Source: Desulfotalea psychrophila LSv54
GTDB taxonomy: Bacteria; Desulfobacterota; Desulfobulbia; Desulfobulbales; Desulfocapsaceae
NCBI RefSeq assembly: GCF_000025945.1
Contig: NC_006138.1
Location: forward strand, 510,001 to 542,000
Length of the DNA stretch: 32,000 bases
Reading direction: 5' to 3'
Made by a program: the position numbers and the translations under genes
Shown: piece by piece, positions 18,845 through 28,503 of the stretch
How the letters are laid out: every line of letters begins with the position of its first letter
Position numbering within the stretch: position 1 is the first letter of the stretch
The notes under the pieces: generated by a model
Told to the model about the DNA's origin: nothing
Databases searched by the model: none
What the model saw: only the letters and a program-made list of their open reading frames with translations

Positions 18845-19882
18845 CTACTGCAAACCAGCAAAAAACAGGTCCCAAAAAGGATCAGAATCCGGTTCCAACA
18901 GAGGTTGGCTCTGGCCATTTTTAAGAACAGTATTCTCCTTAAGGCTAGAGTCAAATTTGCCCAAGATGTAACTATCGATACCGAGATCAGCCCAGACTCT
19001 CTGCACCTCCTGCACCTGTTCGGGTTCAACTGCCGCGAGCAATGTCCCCTCACTAATAGCCTGCCAAGGATCAAAATCCAGTTCCCGGGCAAGGGCCACA
19101 ATATCTGCCGGTATCTCCACCCCATCAAAATCAACCATAACCGGAAGACCAGAAGATGTGGACATCTCCCACAGCCCTCCCTGCACCCCTCCTTCGGTGG
19201 CATCATGCATGGCATGAACTCCACCCACCTTAAAGGCATGCAAAGCATCCTCAACAACGGTGATCTGATCCACTCGGGCACGAAGAGTAGCGAGCATCTC
19301 CTCGGAAATATTTCCCTGAAGTCGCTCATGATGAACAATGGAAAGCAGGGCAGCCGCCTCAATGCACGGCCCCTTAGTCATTAAAATAAGATCACCATCC
19401 TTGGCACCGCCGGGCGAAATCCATGCATCCTGATCCGCCGTACCCCAAACGGTAACCCCACCCACGGTCGGCACCGTCACAGCACCGTACCAGCCGGTAT
19501 GTCCCCCGACAATGGAGATCCCCAAATCTTCAGCGGCACGGGAGATAGAGCTAATAATCGTCCGAGCATCCTCCTCGGGACAACCAAGAGGCAGGAGCAG
19601 GGTATAGGTCATGAATTCTGGTTTAACCCCTGTTACCGCTATATCACTGGCCCCGATATGGACGGTAAACCAACCCATAATATCCAAAGGCAAGCCAGGA
19701 GCGGGAAAAATAGGGTCCTCGGCAATAGCCATGACCCGTCCATCGGCGGTCTGCAAAATTGCTGCATCCAGGCCAGGTCCCGGCCCCACTAACAAACTTT
19801 TACATGGTTTGCCCAATGCCCCCTGAACCAGGGCTTGCAGACGAGAGGGACTTGGTTTACCCACCAGATTACTCATGCTCAA
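18845..19882 (-). CDS. AIR synthase-related (PurM/HypE-like) ATP-binding protein
   Basis: 345 aa; MAIAEDPIF, DIAVTGVKPEFMTYTLLLP, and AMHDATEGGVQGGLWEMS are PurM/HypE/ThiL superfamily patterns. Confidence 0.82.
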   Translation of the reverse strand: MSMSNLVGKPSPSRLQALVQGALGKPCKSLLVGPGPGLDAAILQTADGRVMAIAEDPIFPAPGLPLDIMGWFTVHIGASDIAVTGVKPEFMTYTLLLPLGCPEEDARTIISSISRAAEDLGISIVGGHTGWYGAVTVPTVGGVTVWGTADQDAWISPGGAKDGDLILMTKGPCIEAAALLSIVHHERLQGNISEEMLATLRARVDQITVVEDALHAFKVGGVHAMHDATEGGVQGGLWEMSTSSGLPVMVDFDGVEIPADIVALARELDFDPWQAISEGTLLAAVEPEQVQEVQRVWADLGIDSYILGKFDSSLKENTVLKNGQSQPLLEPDSDPFWDLFFAGLQ

Positions 19883-20177
19883 GCCCCCTTAGCAAAACAT
19901 CTTCCACATCGCTGACCTTACCCCGCAGACGGCCAGTTGCCCCTCGACGATCATCCATAGTGATGGAGGTGAGCACCCGAGGTGCCCGTTCCATCATCAA
20001 CTCATGACAACGCATGATCAAAGCCATGACCTCAGCCTGCTCCCCCTCAATAGTCGTCTGCATGGCGCCAAGCCTATAGTCCATACCAGAATCAGCGACC
20101 AACGCCACCACCGCTGCAACATGCTCCTTCAGCTCCTCACCTACCCCAAAGGGTAGAATTGTAAAACTTGCCAGCAT
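19869..20177 (-). CDS. MTH1187/YkoF-type thiamine-binding-like small protein
   Basis: 102 aa; SFTILPFGVGEELKEHVAAVVALVADSGMDYRLGAMQTTIEGE...RGKVSDVE. Its end overlaps the start of the downstream AIR-synthase-like gene by 14 bp. Confidence 0.78.
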   Translation of the reverse strand: MLASFTILPFGVGEELKEHVAAVVALVADSGMDYRLGAMQTTIEGEQAEVMALIMRCHELMMERAPRVLTSITMDDRRGATGRLRGKVSDVEDVLLRGLEHE

Positions 20178-20471
20178 AGTACACCTCCATCTGAATTATC
20201 TGTTTTACAGGTTCCCCATCTACCTTCCGCCCAATCACCTCACGACTTTCCACCTAAGACCAGAGAAAACTATTCGTGAACAGCAAGGGCGTCATCCTCA
20301 ATACATCTCTAAAATTTTCCTTTCAATGTAAAAAGCAGACACCTAACCACATAACAGATTTAATATCATAACAAATAGACAGAAGACAAGCACCTCGACA
20401 TTTTACCTGTATTTAACAGGAGAGGCATGGCATTCAACTTTTCAGGGCCGTGGCACTGAGAACAATAATTC

Positions 20472-20500
20472 TTGACTTTGGTTTTACGGTCTCCTATAGG
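20472..20500 (+). promoter_or_regulatory. Sigma-70-type promoter ahead of the TPP riboswitch
   Basis: TTGACT - 17 nt - TATAGG, ending 15 nt before riboswitch stem P1. Confidence 0.6.
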
Positions 20501-20515
20501 TTGAGGTGTATTATT

Positions 20516-20598
20516 TTTTTTGCAGGGGTGGCTTTAGGGCCTGAGAAGATACCCATTGAACCTGACCTGGCTAAAACCAGGGTAGGGAATTGCAGAAA
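20516..20598 (+). promoter_or_regulatory. TPP (THI-box) riboswitch
   Basis: TTTTTGCAGGGGTGGCTTTAGGGCCTGAGAAGATACCCATTGAACCTGACCTGGCTAAAACCAGGGTAGGGAATTGCAGAAA contains GGGGTG, CTGAGA, ACCC-TTGAACCTGA and TAGGGAA. P1 ends pair as TTTTTGCA with TGCAGAAA. Confidence 0.96.
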
Positions 20599-20687
20599 TG
20601 TCCTCATTTTCATTTCTTCGCTCTATCTGCTCGCCCTCCCCCTGTTATTCTAGCGAAAGCTTTAACATTTATCCGCTGAGTAATGTT

Positions 20688-21509
20688 ATGTCGAATATTT
20701 CCCTTACGGCTGCAGAAAATCTGCAGCAAATCCGCGAAAATAAACCACTTATTCATAACATCACAAATTTTGTGGTCATGAACTACACGGCAAATGTCCT
20801 GCTGGCAACGGGTGCCTCTCCAGTTATGGCCCATGCCCAGAATGAGGTGGAGGAGATGGTCGCATTTGCCGGATCTCTGGTTCTCAACATTGGTACCCTG
20901 AGCGAAAGTTGGGTGAGCTCCATGCTTATGGCCAGCCAAAGGGCAAATACATTAAAAACACCAATCATACTCGACCCTGTTGGCTCGGGGGCAACAGCCT
21001 TTAGAACCGCCTCGGCTAAGCGCATCATCGCCGAGGCAAAGGTCAGTGTTATCCGAGGCAATGCCTCGGAAATTCTCTCCCTCGGCAGTGAGCAAAGCAA
21101 CACCCGAGGAGTTGACACAAGCCAGTCCGTCAGTGATGCAGCCCAAACCGCCTCTCTTCTGGCCCGAGAGCTGGATACTATCCTGGCAATCACAGGACCC
21201 ACCGACCTGGTTACCGATGGCAGACGAGTATTCAATGTTGATAATGGCCATCCACTCATGCCCTATGTCACAGGAACCGGTTGCTCTGCCACCGCCGTAG
21301 TCGGTGCCTTTGCCGCAGTGGACAGAGATTATCTGAGGGCAGCAACAACTGCCCTGGCATTTTTTGGCCTGGCGGGAGAAATGGCTGGCAAGGCAGCAAC
21401 TGGGCCCGGCTCCTTTATGATCCACCTGCTGGATGCTCTCTACAACATGAGCCCGGAACAGCTGGAGAAGGGCTGCCGAATTAAGGAAAGCTCAGCAACA
21501 AGATCCTGA
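20688..21509 (+). CDS. thiM: Hydroxyethylthiazole kinase
   Basis: HNITNFVVMNYTANVLLATGASPVMAHA, DPVGSGATAFR, TGTGCSATAVVGAFAAV. The ORF track start 20598 would overlap riboswitch P1; the start at internal Met31 (MSNISLTAAENL) is preferred. Confidence 0.94.
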   Translation: MSNISLTAAENLQQIRENKPLIHNITNFVVMNYTANVLLATGASPVMAHAQNEVEEMVAFAGSLVLNIGTLSESWVSSMLMASQRANTLKTPIILDPVGSGATAFRTASAKRIIAEAKVSVIRGNASEILSLGSEQSNTRGVDTSQSVSDAAQTASLLARELDTILAITGPTDLVTDGRRVFNVDNGHPLMPYVTGTGCSATAVVGAFAAVDRDYLRAATTALAFFGLAGEMAGKAATGPGSFMIHLLDALYNMSPEQLEKGCRIKESSATRS

Positions 21510-21531
21510 GACTCATCAGAAAGAGAAAAGA

Positions 21532-22302
21532 ATGCAAGACCAGCACCTGACAAAGACGACAGGGCCTGAAGAGGCCCCATCAATTATTTTCGACAAGGTC
21601 TCGCTGAACATGGGGGACAGGCCTCTGTTTGACAAGCTGTCCATGACCATTGAAGGCGGGCTGTGTACCTGCATCTTAGGCCCCAGTGGTTGTGGAAAAT
21701 CAACCCTGCTCCATATGATCTCGGGGGCAACATCTCTTCCCTATGAGGGGAGCATCCAAATTGAATCCAAAAAGGCAAAAAATGACAAAATTGCCTGGAT
21801 GAGCCAAAACGATCTACTCCTCCCCTGGCTCTCCCTCTTGGAGAACATTATCCTCGGGGCAAAACTACGCAATGAAGAATCTGCCTCCCTTCGGGCCAGA
21901 GCAGGTGAACTTATGGAGGAGGCTGGTCTGGCCGGATACGAGAACGCCTTACCGGCAACTCTTTCCGGCGGCATGAGACAACGAGGCGCACTCCTGCGCA
22001 CCCTCATGGAGGAACGCCCCATACTACTCATGGACGAGCCCTTTTCAGCGCTCGACGCCCTGGCCAGAATGAAGCTGCAGAATCTGGCGACCAAGCTCAC
22101 CAGGCGGGCAACAGTTCTCCTGGTAACCCATGACCCCATGGAGGCACTGCGGATGGGTGATAGAATTCTGGTCCTCTCCAAAAGGCCATGCCGGGTCCAG
22201 AGCCTTTTCTCTCTGACAGGAATACCACCTCGAAATGTTGACGATCCGGAAATTCAGGCCCATCTCAGCACCTTGCTCAGTCAACTGATGGATCAGCGAT
22301 GA
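21532..22302 (+). CDS. ABC transporter ATP-binding protein (thiamine-precursor uptake)
   Basis: Walker A GPSGCGKST, signature LSGGMRQRGA, Walker B ILLMDEPF. Lies downstream of the TPP riboswitch and thiM. Confidence 0.92.
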   Translation: MQDQHLTKTTGPEEAPSIIFDKVSLNMGDRPLFDKLSMTIEGGLCTCILGPSGCGKSTLLHMISGATSLPYEGSIQIESKKAKNDKIAWMSQNDLLLPWLSLLENIILGAKLRNEESASLRARAGELMEEAGLAGYENALPATLSGGMRQRGALLRTLMEERPILLMDEPFSALDALARMKLQNLATKLTRRATVLLVTHDPMEALRMGDRILVLSKRPCRVQSLFSLTGIPPRNVDDPEIQAHLSTLLSQLMDQR

Positions 22303-23045
22303 AGACATTCAGACTCATAGTGCTTGGCACCGGCCTCTTACTGCTCTGGCAACTGGTGGTTATTATCACCGATGCTCCCCACTATATCCTGCCCGGGCCA
22401 CTACCCGTATTCCATGCCATCATCGACCATTGGTCCACCCTGATGGGACATCTGCAAACCACCTTAACGGAAATAATCTTCGGCATTTTACTGGGTACCG
22501 CCCTCGGGATAAGCGCTGCCCTGACCATGACCTTCTCCCCACTGCTCAAGCGTTGGCTCTTGCCAGTGCTGGTGATCAGTCAAGCCATTCCTGTTTTTGC
22601 CCTGGCCCCAATTCTCGTTCTTTGGTTTGGCTATGGCATGGCCTCTAAAATTGCCATGGCGGTACTCATTATCTTTTTCCCTGTAACTTCGTCATTTTAC
22701 TACGGAATGCAGCGGACAGAGCCACAACTTCTGGAACTGGCAAGAATCATGAATGGAAGCCCCATGCGGATAATGCGCTATATCGTCATTCCAGCGGCAA
22801 TGCCGGCATTCGCCTCGGGTCTTCGACTTGCTGCTGCTGTAGCCCCAATCGGGGCAGTAATTGGAGAATGGGTTGGTTCAAGTTCCGGACTCGGATTTTA
22901 TATGATCCACGCCAACGCCCGCATGCAAATCGATGTCATGTTTGCTGCCCTAACAATTTTATCTGTTGTTTCATTACTTCTCTATTTCTTAGTTGATTTT
23001 GCAATGGAGAGGCTTATTTACTGGGAACCTTATCAAGGATGTTAA
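22299..23045 (+). CDS. ABC transporter permease (thiamine-precursor uptake)
   Basis: 248 aa with the EWVGSSSGLGFYMIHANARMQIDVMFAAL binding-protein-dependent permease pattern. Start overlaps the stop of the ATPase gene. Confidence 0.92.
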   Translation: MKTFRLIVLGTGLLLLWQLVVIITDAPHYILPGPLPVFHAIIDHWSTLMGHLQTTLTEIIFGILLGTALGISAALTMTFSPLLKRWLLPVLVISQAIPVFALAPILVLWFGYGMASKIAMAVLIIFFPVTSSFYYGMQRTEPQLLELARIMNGSPMRIMRYIVIPAAMPAFASGLRLAAAVAPIGAVIGEWVGSSSGLGFYMIHANARMQIDVMFAALTILSVVSLLLYFLVDFAMERLIYWEPYQGC

Positions 23046-24001
23046 AAATGAAAAAAGTACGTATGTTAATAATGGCCGCTTTAGTAATAGCCATATGTGG
23101 AACGAGCACATCGGCTATGGCCCGGGAGAAGGTAACACTCCTCCTCGATTGGTTTGTTAATCCCGATCACGCCCCCATATTTATAGCTCTGGAAAAGGGC
23201 TATTTTGCCGACCATGGCCTGGATGTGGAGATAATCGCCCCCTCCAACCCCAATGACCCACCCAAGTTAGTTGCCGCTGGCAAAGCCGATATCGCAGTCT
23301 CCTACCAAAATCAGCATCAGATGCAAATTGATCAGGGACTGCCCCTAGTGAGGATTGCCACCCTGATTGCCACCCCTCTTAACTCACTGGTGGTACTTGC
23401 CGATAGCCCGATTAAGACTATTGCTGACCTTAAGGGGAAAACCATTGGTTACTCCGTTGGTGGCTTTGAAACCATGCTCCTGGATGTAATGCTTAAGAAG
23501 TCAGGACTCAGCCTCTCCGACGTTACGCTCGTCAATGTAAATTTCTCCCTCTCCCCAGCCCTCTTTACCGGACAGGTCGATGCTGTAATTGGAGCCTTCA
23601 GAAACTTTGAGCTCAACCAGATGGATATCGAAAAACGTCCCGGCAGGGCATTCTATGTAGAAGAACATGGGGTACCGGCCTATGATGAGTTAATCTTAAT
23701 AGCCAATAGGGATAAGATCGGCGAGGCAAAACTTCGCAGCTTTGTCGATGCCCTTGAAGAGGGAGTGCAGTATCTGATCAACCATCCTGATGAGAGTTGG
23801 AAGCTCTTTATCAAGGGAGAACGAAAAACCCTCGATGACGAGTTAAACCGACGCGCTTGGAGAGATACCCTGCCACGTTTCGCCCTGCGCCCCGGGGCCC
23901 TGGATCAGGAACGCTATCGCCGGGTTGCAGCGTTTTTGCAAAAGCAGGGTACGGTGAAGAGTGTGCCACCGCTTGAGACATGGGCCGTGGAGCTACCATA
24001 G
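23039..24001 (+). CDS. thiY: NMT1/THI5-like substrate-binding protein of the thiamine-precursor ABC transporter
   Basis: Signal peptide, then VTLLLDWFVNPDHAPIFIALEKGYFADHGLDVEIIAPSNPNDPPKLVAAGKADIAVSYQ, typical of pyrimidine-precursor binding proteins. Confidence 0.9.
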   Translation: MLKMKKVRMLIMAALVIAICGTSTSAMAREKVTLLLDWFVNPDHAPIFIALEKGYFADHGLDVEIIAPSNPNDPPKLVAAGKADIAVSYQNQHQMQIDQGLPLVRIATLIATPLNSLVVLADSPIKTIADLKGKTIGYSVGGFETMLLDVMLKKSGLSLSDVTLVNVNFSLSPALFTGQVDAVIGAFRNFELNQMDIEKRPGRAFYVEEHGVPAYDELILIANRDKIGEAKLRSFVDALEEGVQYLINHPDESWKLFIKGERKTLDDELNRRAWRDTLPRFALRPGALDQERYRRVAAFLQKQGTVKSVPPLETWAVELP

Positions 24002-24032
24002 TCCTACCGGCCTCACCTCCCTACAGCTAGAG

Positions 24033-24056
24033 GCCCCCTCCTATTCGGGAGGGGGC
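24033..24056. terminator. GC-rich hairpin between the convergent thiY-like and DUF547 genes
   Basis: GCCCCCTCC-TATTCG-GGAGGGGGC, perfect 9-bp stem. No strong U tract, so a terminator role is likely but unproven. Confidence 0.55.
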
Positions 24057-24092
24057 TTAGAGAACAGCACAAGGGAGAGCAAGACTTGGAAT

Positions 24093-24917
24093 TTAATCTT
24101 CGGAAGAATCTGAATCAACCCCATTCAGCTTCCAATCATAGTCTAAAAAGTCTATCTCAATCCTATCGGCCAGCAGCTCATGGCGCTCGGCCTCACTGAG
24201 CCCCAGAGATTTGCTGTAAAGGGCTAAAAACTGGGACAGAGTTCTTGCCCCACGCCAGCCAGCCCCAAAATCCTGACCATACCACTTAAAGATACTGGAA
24301 ACCTGTAGCTTTCCCCCACTGAGCCTGTTTCTCCTCCTGTCCGCAAGAAACATGGTGGTTGCCTCCTGCAACTGCCCCTCCAGTCTATCCTTCTGATATG
24401 CATGATCTTTCAGGGCTGGGCAACCAATGCTAGCGCAGTTTAGGGCAAAATGTATCCTGGGATCCCCGTATCGCCCGGAACCGCGGATGAGACCGTGCTC
24501 AAGATCATCCAGGGAGCGTTTTTGTCCCAACAGGGAAAAGAACTTCTTTTTCCACGGCGATTGAAAAAATGAGCCCAGCTCTTTGATTGATTGCAGATTG
24601 GAATACCTGCTAAGAATCAACTCAACCGTCCAGGCGTTATAGGCGTTAATGAGAAAGGCAAGTTGTCCAGCCTTTGTCCAGCTATCAAACTGGCCACGGC
24701 TGACCTGTGACAGCTGATCGAGATAGGCAGAGAGTAGGGGCCTCTCCCTGGCCATAGCCGCATAATCCACTTTGGTTTCCTGTCCACCCTGATAGACCCG
24801 AACATGCTCCTGCAAGAGAGAATCCCAGGGGCCATGATCAAAGGCTACGGCCTCAACAACGGGGCAAACAAGGATAAACAGGACAAACAAAAGAGAGCGC
24901 ATCACAACCTCCTCCAA
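24093..24917 (-). CDS. DUF547 domain-containing secreted protein (start probably the internal MRSLLFVLFILVC at about 24902)
   Basis: AFLINAYNAWTVELILSRYSNLQSIKELGSFFQSPWKKKFF...DLEHGLIRGSGRYGDPRIHFALNCASIGCPAL is a typical DUF547 pattern. Confidence 0.88.
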   Translation of the reverse strand: MEEVVMRSLLFVLFILVCPVVEAVAFDHGPWDSLLQEHVRVYQGGQETKVDYAAMARERPLLSAYLDQLSQVSRGQFDSWTKAGQLAFLINAYNAWTVELILSRYSNLQSIKELGSFFQSPWKKKFFSLLGQKRSLDDLEHGLIRGSGRYGDPRIHFALNCASIGCPALKDHAYQKDRLEGQLQEATTMFLADRRRNRLSGGKLQVSSIFKWYGQDFGAGWRGARTLSQFLALYSKSLGLSEAERHELLADRIEIDFLDYDWKLNGVDSDSSED

Positions 24918-27052
24918 CTGTGGTACCTTTCTGCCCAGGCTAGCAATCTCCTAGGCAAATGTTTTCGCTTCCATCCTCCTGCCGCATATTTATTAGCCTC
25001 GGCAAGGGTCGGATAGGTATGAATAGTGGACAGGATCTTATTGAGTCCCAGACCGTGTTTCATGGCCAGGACAAATTCTGCCAGAAGATCGCCCGCATGC
25101 TCACCGACAATGGTTACCCCCAGGATACGATCCTTATTGGGCACGGTGAGTATCTTGATAAAGCCCTCTCTTACCCCGTCGGTGATGGCCCGATCAAGAT
25201 CATCCAGATCGTAACGAGTAACCTCCACGTCAACACCACGCTCAGCCGCCTCCTGTTCATTGAGACCGACCCGAGCAACTTCAGGATCAACGAAGGTCGT
25301 CCAAGGAATGACAGAGTAATCTACCTTAAATTTCTTAATCCCACCAAAGAGGGCATTGACCACCGCATACCAGGCCTGATGGGCGGCGGTATGGGTAAAC
25401 TGGTAGGGACCGGCCACATCACCTGCGGCAAAAATATTAGGATAGAGGGTCTGTAAATATTCGTTAGTCAGCACCGTTCGCTTCACAGGAATACCAAGCT
25501 CCTCCAGACCGTAACCCTTGAGCCTGGCAACCCGACCGACTGCACAGATAAGGGCATCAAATGCCAGGCGTAGCTCCTGCCCCTCATGCTCAACGACAAT
25601 GTATTTTTCCTCACCAGCCCTTTCGCAGCGCAGGGCTGTATGCCCAGTGAGAACATGGACACCATCTGCCCCAAGAGATGCCTCAACAATGGCTGCGGCA
25701 TCTGCATCTTCGCGGGGCAACAACCGAGCCCCCCTCTGTATCTGCCAAACCTCAGAGCCCAAGCGGGCAAGGGCCTGAGACAACTCACAACCAATTGGCC
25801 CGCCCCCCAGTACCAGCAAACGCCGCGGTGCTTCATCCAAATTGGCAAAGGCATTCCAGAGGGTCTCATTGGTGAGATAATCAACCGCATCAAGCCCAGG
25901 CAGGGGTGGAATAAATGGCCCTGCCCCTGTGGCAATAATAACGGCACGTGATGTCAGTCGCCGGGTTTCGCCACTCTTGAGTTTCACCTCCACGGTCCAG
26001 GGATCCAACAGCCTGGCGTAACCACAGAGGACCTCTACCCCGAGATCCGTATAGCGTTCAACGCTATCATGGGGCTCAATCGTAGCAATAATCCGATGAA
26101 CCCTCGCCATCACCCGGCGAAAAGAGAAGCTCAGTTCAACGGCATCAAGTCCATACTTATCTCCATTGCGAATATGATGGGCAACTTTCGCACTTTTTAT
26201 CAAGGCCTTGCTTGGCACACAACCATAGTTGAGACAGTCTCCCCCCATCTCTGCCGCTTCAACAAGAGTCACCTTTGCCTTAAGGGTAGTGGCAATATAG
26301 GCGCTTACCAAGCCGGCAGCCCCGGCACCAATGACAATAAGATTACGATCAAAGCGAGCAGGTCTCAACCATTTTGCATAGAGCCGCCGCCCCTTAAACC
26401 AGGCTATGCCCCTTTTACAGATCAATGGAAAGATGCCTAAAAGAGCAAAGGAGAACAACAGCCTCGTCGACAGTATCCCCCCAAGGCTCTCTACTTGAGC
26501 CAGTTGGGTGCCTGCATTAACATAAACAATAGTCCCCACCAACATACCAAGCTGACTTACCCAGGCAAATGTCCGCAGCCGAATCGAGGTGAGACCCATG
26601 AGCAGGTTAATGACAAAAAAGGGAAAAATGGGGACCAGGCGCAGGGTGAAGAGATAGAAGGCACCCTCCTCCTCCATCCCCCTGTTTACGGCATGAAGGC
26701 GATCCTGGAAACGGCTTTGCACGATTTCACGAAGAAGAAAACGAGAGAGAAGAAAGGCCAGGCTGGCACCGAGAGTTGAGGCAAAGGAGACAATCAGCAC
26801 CCCCCAGATAAGACCGAATATGGCTCCTGCCGCCACCGTTAGCACCCCCGCTCCCGGCAGGGAGAGCGAGGCAACCACTGCATAGAGACCAAAAAAACTC
26901 AGCCCGGCCAGAATGGGCTCAGCGTTCCGCCAACTCTCCAGCTGAACCTGCCTGGTCTTAATAGCCTGCAAAGAGAGATAGCTATCAAGGCCGAAAAAAT
27001 AATAGGCCGAGACCAGAGCAATGACAGTGCCAACAATCAGATATTTTTTCAT
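24902..27052 (-). CDS. Fusion of TVP38/VTT (DedA-like) membrane domain with FAD-dependent pyridine nucleotide-disulfide oxidoreductase
   Basis: 716 aa; about 230 aa of membrane segments (GAIFGLIWGVLIVSFASTLGASLAFLLSRFLLRE) followed by [21 protein letters not shown]...GGDCLNYGCVPSKALIKSAK and a dimerisation domain ending HTYPTLAEANKYAA. Confidence 0.93.
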   Translation of the reverse strand: MKKYLIVGTVIALVSAYYFFGLDSYLSLQAIKTRQVQLESWRNAEPILAGLSFFGLYAVVASLSLPGAGVLTVAAGAIFGLIWGVLIVSFASTLGASLAFLLSRFLLREIVQSRFQDRLHAVNRGMEEEGAFYLFTLRLVPIFPFFVINLLMGLTSIRLRTFAWVSQLGMLVGTIVYVNAGTQLAQVESLGGILSTRLLFSFALLGIFPLICKRGIAWFKGRRLYAKWLRPARFDRNLIVIGAGAAGLVSAYIATTLKAKVTLVEAAEMGGDCLNYGCVPSKALIKSAKVAHHIRNGDKYGLDAVELSFSFRRVMARVHRIIATIEPHDSVERYTDLGVEVLCGYARLLDPWTVEVKLKSGETRRLTSRAVIIATGAGPFIPPLPGLDAVDYLTNETLWNAFANLDEAPRRLLVLGGGPIGCELSQALARLGSEVWQIQRGARLLPREDADAAAIVEASLGADGVHVLTGHTALRCERAGEEKYIVVEHEGQELRLAFDALICAVGRVARLKGYGLEELGIPVKRTVLTNEYLQTLYPNIFAAGDVAGPYQFTHTAAHQAWYAVVNALFGGIKKFKVDYSVIPWTTFVDPEVARVGLNEQEAAERGVDVEVTRYDLDDLDRAITDGVREGFIKILTVPNKDRILGVTIVGEHAGDLLAEFVLAMKHGLGLNKILSTIHTYPTLAEANKYAAGGWKRKHLPRRLLAWAERYHSWRRL

Positions 27053-27087
27053 AAGCTTTTCCGCCTGATACAGGTGAGAGAGGACGA

Positions 27088-28386
27088 CTATGCCATAGAG
27101 ACGCCGGTGATTCTCGAAAGTTCGGAATCAAGTGAAACAAGGTCGTCCCTGTTGAGATCATGAATTGACCGTTTACCACAGAGACGGGCAATGGCCTTTA
27201 CCTCCTCGGTGGCTGCACTAATAAAATTAGCCACCCGCATACCCCCATCATGAATGTCAAGGCCCTCTGATAGCGACTGCCCGCCCTGAGCTACCGACAG
27301 AGAGGAAGGGCCAAGCGCTATCTTCAAAGCTCCACTCATATAGACACCATCGGCCCCGAGGGCAATCGCCTTGGCAATATCACCCGAATGGCGAATGCCA
27401 CCGGCGGCAATGAGAGTGACCCGCTCGCGCAGACCTGTTAGATCCAGAAAATCACCGACACGAGGCAGAGAGTAGATGAGGGGCAGACCGACATGCTCCC
27501 CCACCGTCACTGAAACAGTATCGAGACAGCCCTCGCCACCATCAATAACCAGCACATCCGGGATACAATCCTGACTAAAAATAGCCTCAAGATCATTCTG
27601 CAAATGCCCACCGGCAAGCTTTAAAGAGATCGGTTTACCATCCAGCAAGCGCCGTAACTCCAGAATTTTTTTCGAGAGATCTTTGGCGCTTTTAATATCC
27701 TGGCGCATTGCCGGTGACTGAGGCATCTTTCCCTGACCAAGTCGACTCACAGCAGCAATTTCTGCAATAACCTTTCCCCTTCGGACCTTACCGCCAATGC
27801 CGAATTTTACTCCCTGAGAAATTTTTATCTCAACCATATCTGCCCCCCGCAGACTCTCCTCACTGACCCCAAACCGATCGGTGGGAAACTGTACGGTGAC
27901 CCGGTTTGTCAGGGCCATCTCCTCATCCCCCATCCCCCCATCACCTGTATGCACAATGGTTCCCGCCAAAAATGAGCCAAGGGCAAGAGCCATGCTCGCC
28001 TCCTTACTGAGGGGACCACAGGACATGGCTGCATTCAAAATCGGAGTCTGGAGGAAAACAGGCTGCCTAGCCCTTTTGCCAAGAACAACTCTTGAGTCAA
28101 TCTCCACCTCATGACCTAGGGGAAAGTTATTTACCTGAGCAGGTAGGAAGATCAGGTCATCCATCCCCAAAAATGTCCTTGCCGTTACCCTACCCTCTTG
28201 GTGGTAGGACCCCATTTCTGCCATGGACCTGATTATCGGCCTGCTGTTCAGATCCCATCTGCCAAAATTATCCGCGTTAGTATCGTGAATAAAGATCCGG
28301 GCAGATGCCATACAGACTGGGCAAAAGCAAAAATCAATATCCCCCGCATGTAGATAGCCACAAACCGGGCAGAGATAGTTAGTCAT
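27088..28386 (-). CDS. Glutamate synthase FMN-domain paralog with N-terminal rubredoxin-like zinc ribbon; lacks Fe-S ligand cysteines
   Basis: 432 aa; CPVCGYLHAGDIDFCFCPVC N-terminus and GltB-like core. The GGxGAAP loop and the C-terminal CxxxxxC...C segment are altered or absent relative to 29803..31131. Confidence 0.85.
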   Translation of the reverse strand: MTNYLCPVCGYLHAGDIDFCFCPVCMASARIFIHDTNADNFGRWDLNSRPIIRSMAEMGSYHQEGRVTARTFLGMDDLIFLPAQVNNFPLGHEVEIDSRVVLGKRARQPVFLQTPILNAAMSCGPLSKEASMALALGSFLAGTIVHTGDGGMGDEEMALTNRVTVQFPTDRFGVSEESLRGADMVEIKISQGVKFGIGGKVRRGKVIAEIAAVSRLGQGKMPQSPAMRQDIKSAKDLSKKILELRRLLDGKPISLKLAGGHLQNDLEAIFSQDCIPDVLVIDGGEGCLDTVSVTVGEHVGLPLIYSLPRVGDFLDLTGLRERVTLIAAGGIRHSGDIAKAIALGADGVYMSGALKIALGPSSLSVAQGGQSLSEGLDIHDGGMRVANFISAATEEVKAIARLCGKRSIHDLNRDDLVSLDSELSRITGVSMA

Positions 28387-28428
28387 ACATGACCCCTCTA
28401 AAGAAAAATGAAGATTAATAAAGGTTGT

Positions 28429-28503
28429 CTCTACAGTATCTCTATTTTAGGACTCAGTTACAAGCGGGGTACAGGATGGATGGGAATTTAAGGTGAGGAA
28501 GCG
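28429..28503. repeat. Direct-repeat upstream block 1 of the glutamate-synthase-like pair
   Basis: CTACAGTATCTCTATTTTAGGACTCAGTTACAAGCGGGGTACAGGATGGATGGGAATTTAAGGTGAG; see 31168..31243. Confidence 0.75.

Noticed and set aside
18739-19362. 207-aa minus-strand ORF overlapping the AIR-synthase-like gene in another frame
   Set aside because: Alternate frame of a well-supported gene, cysteine/arginine-rich with no family pattern.
20450-20653. 67-aa plus-strand ORF
   Set aside because: It lies across the promoter and TPP riboswitch.
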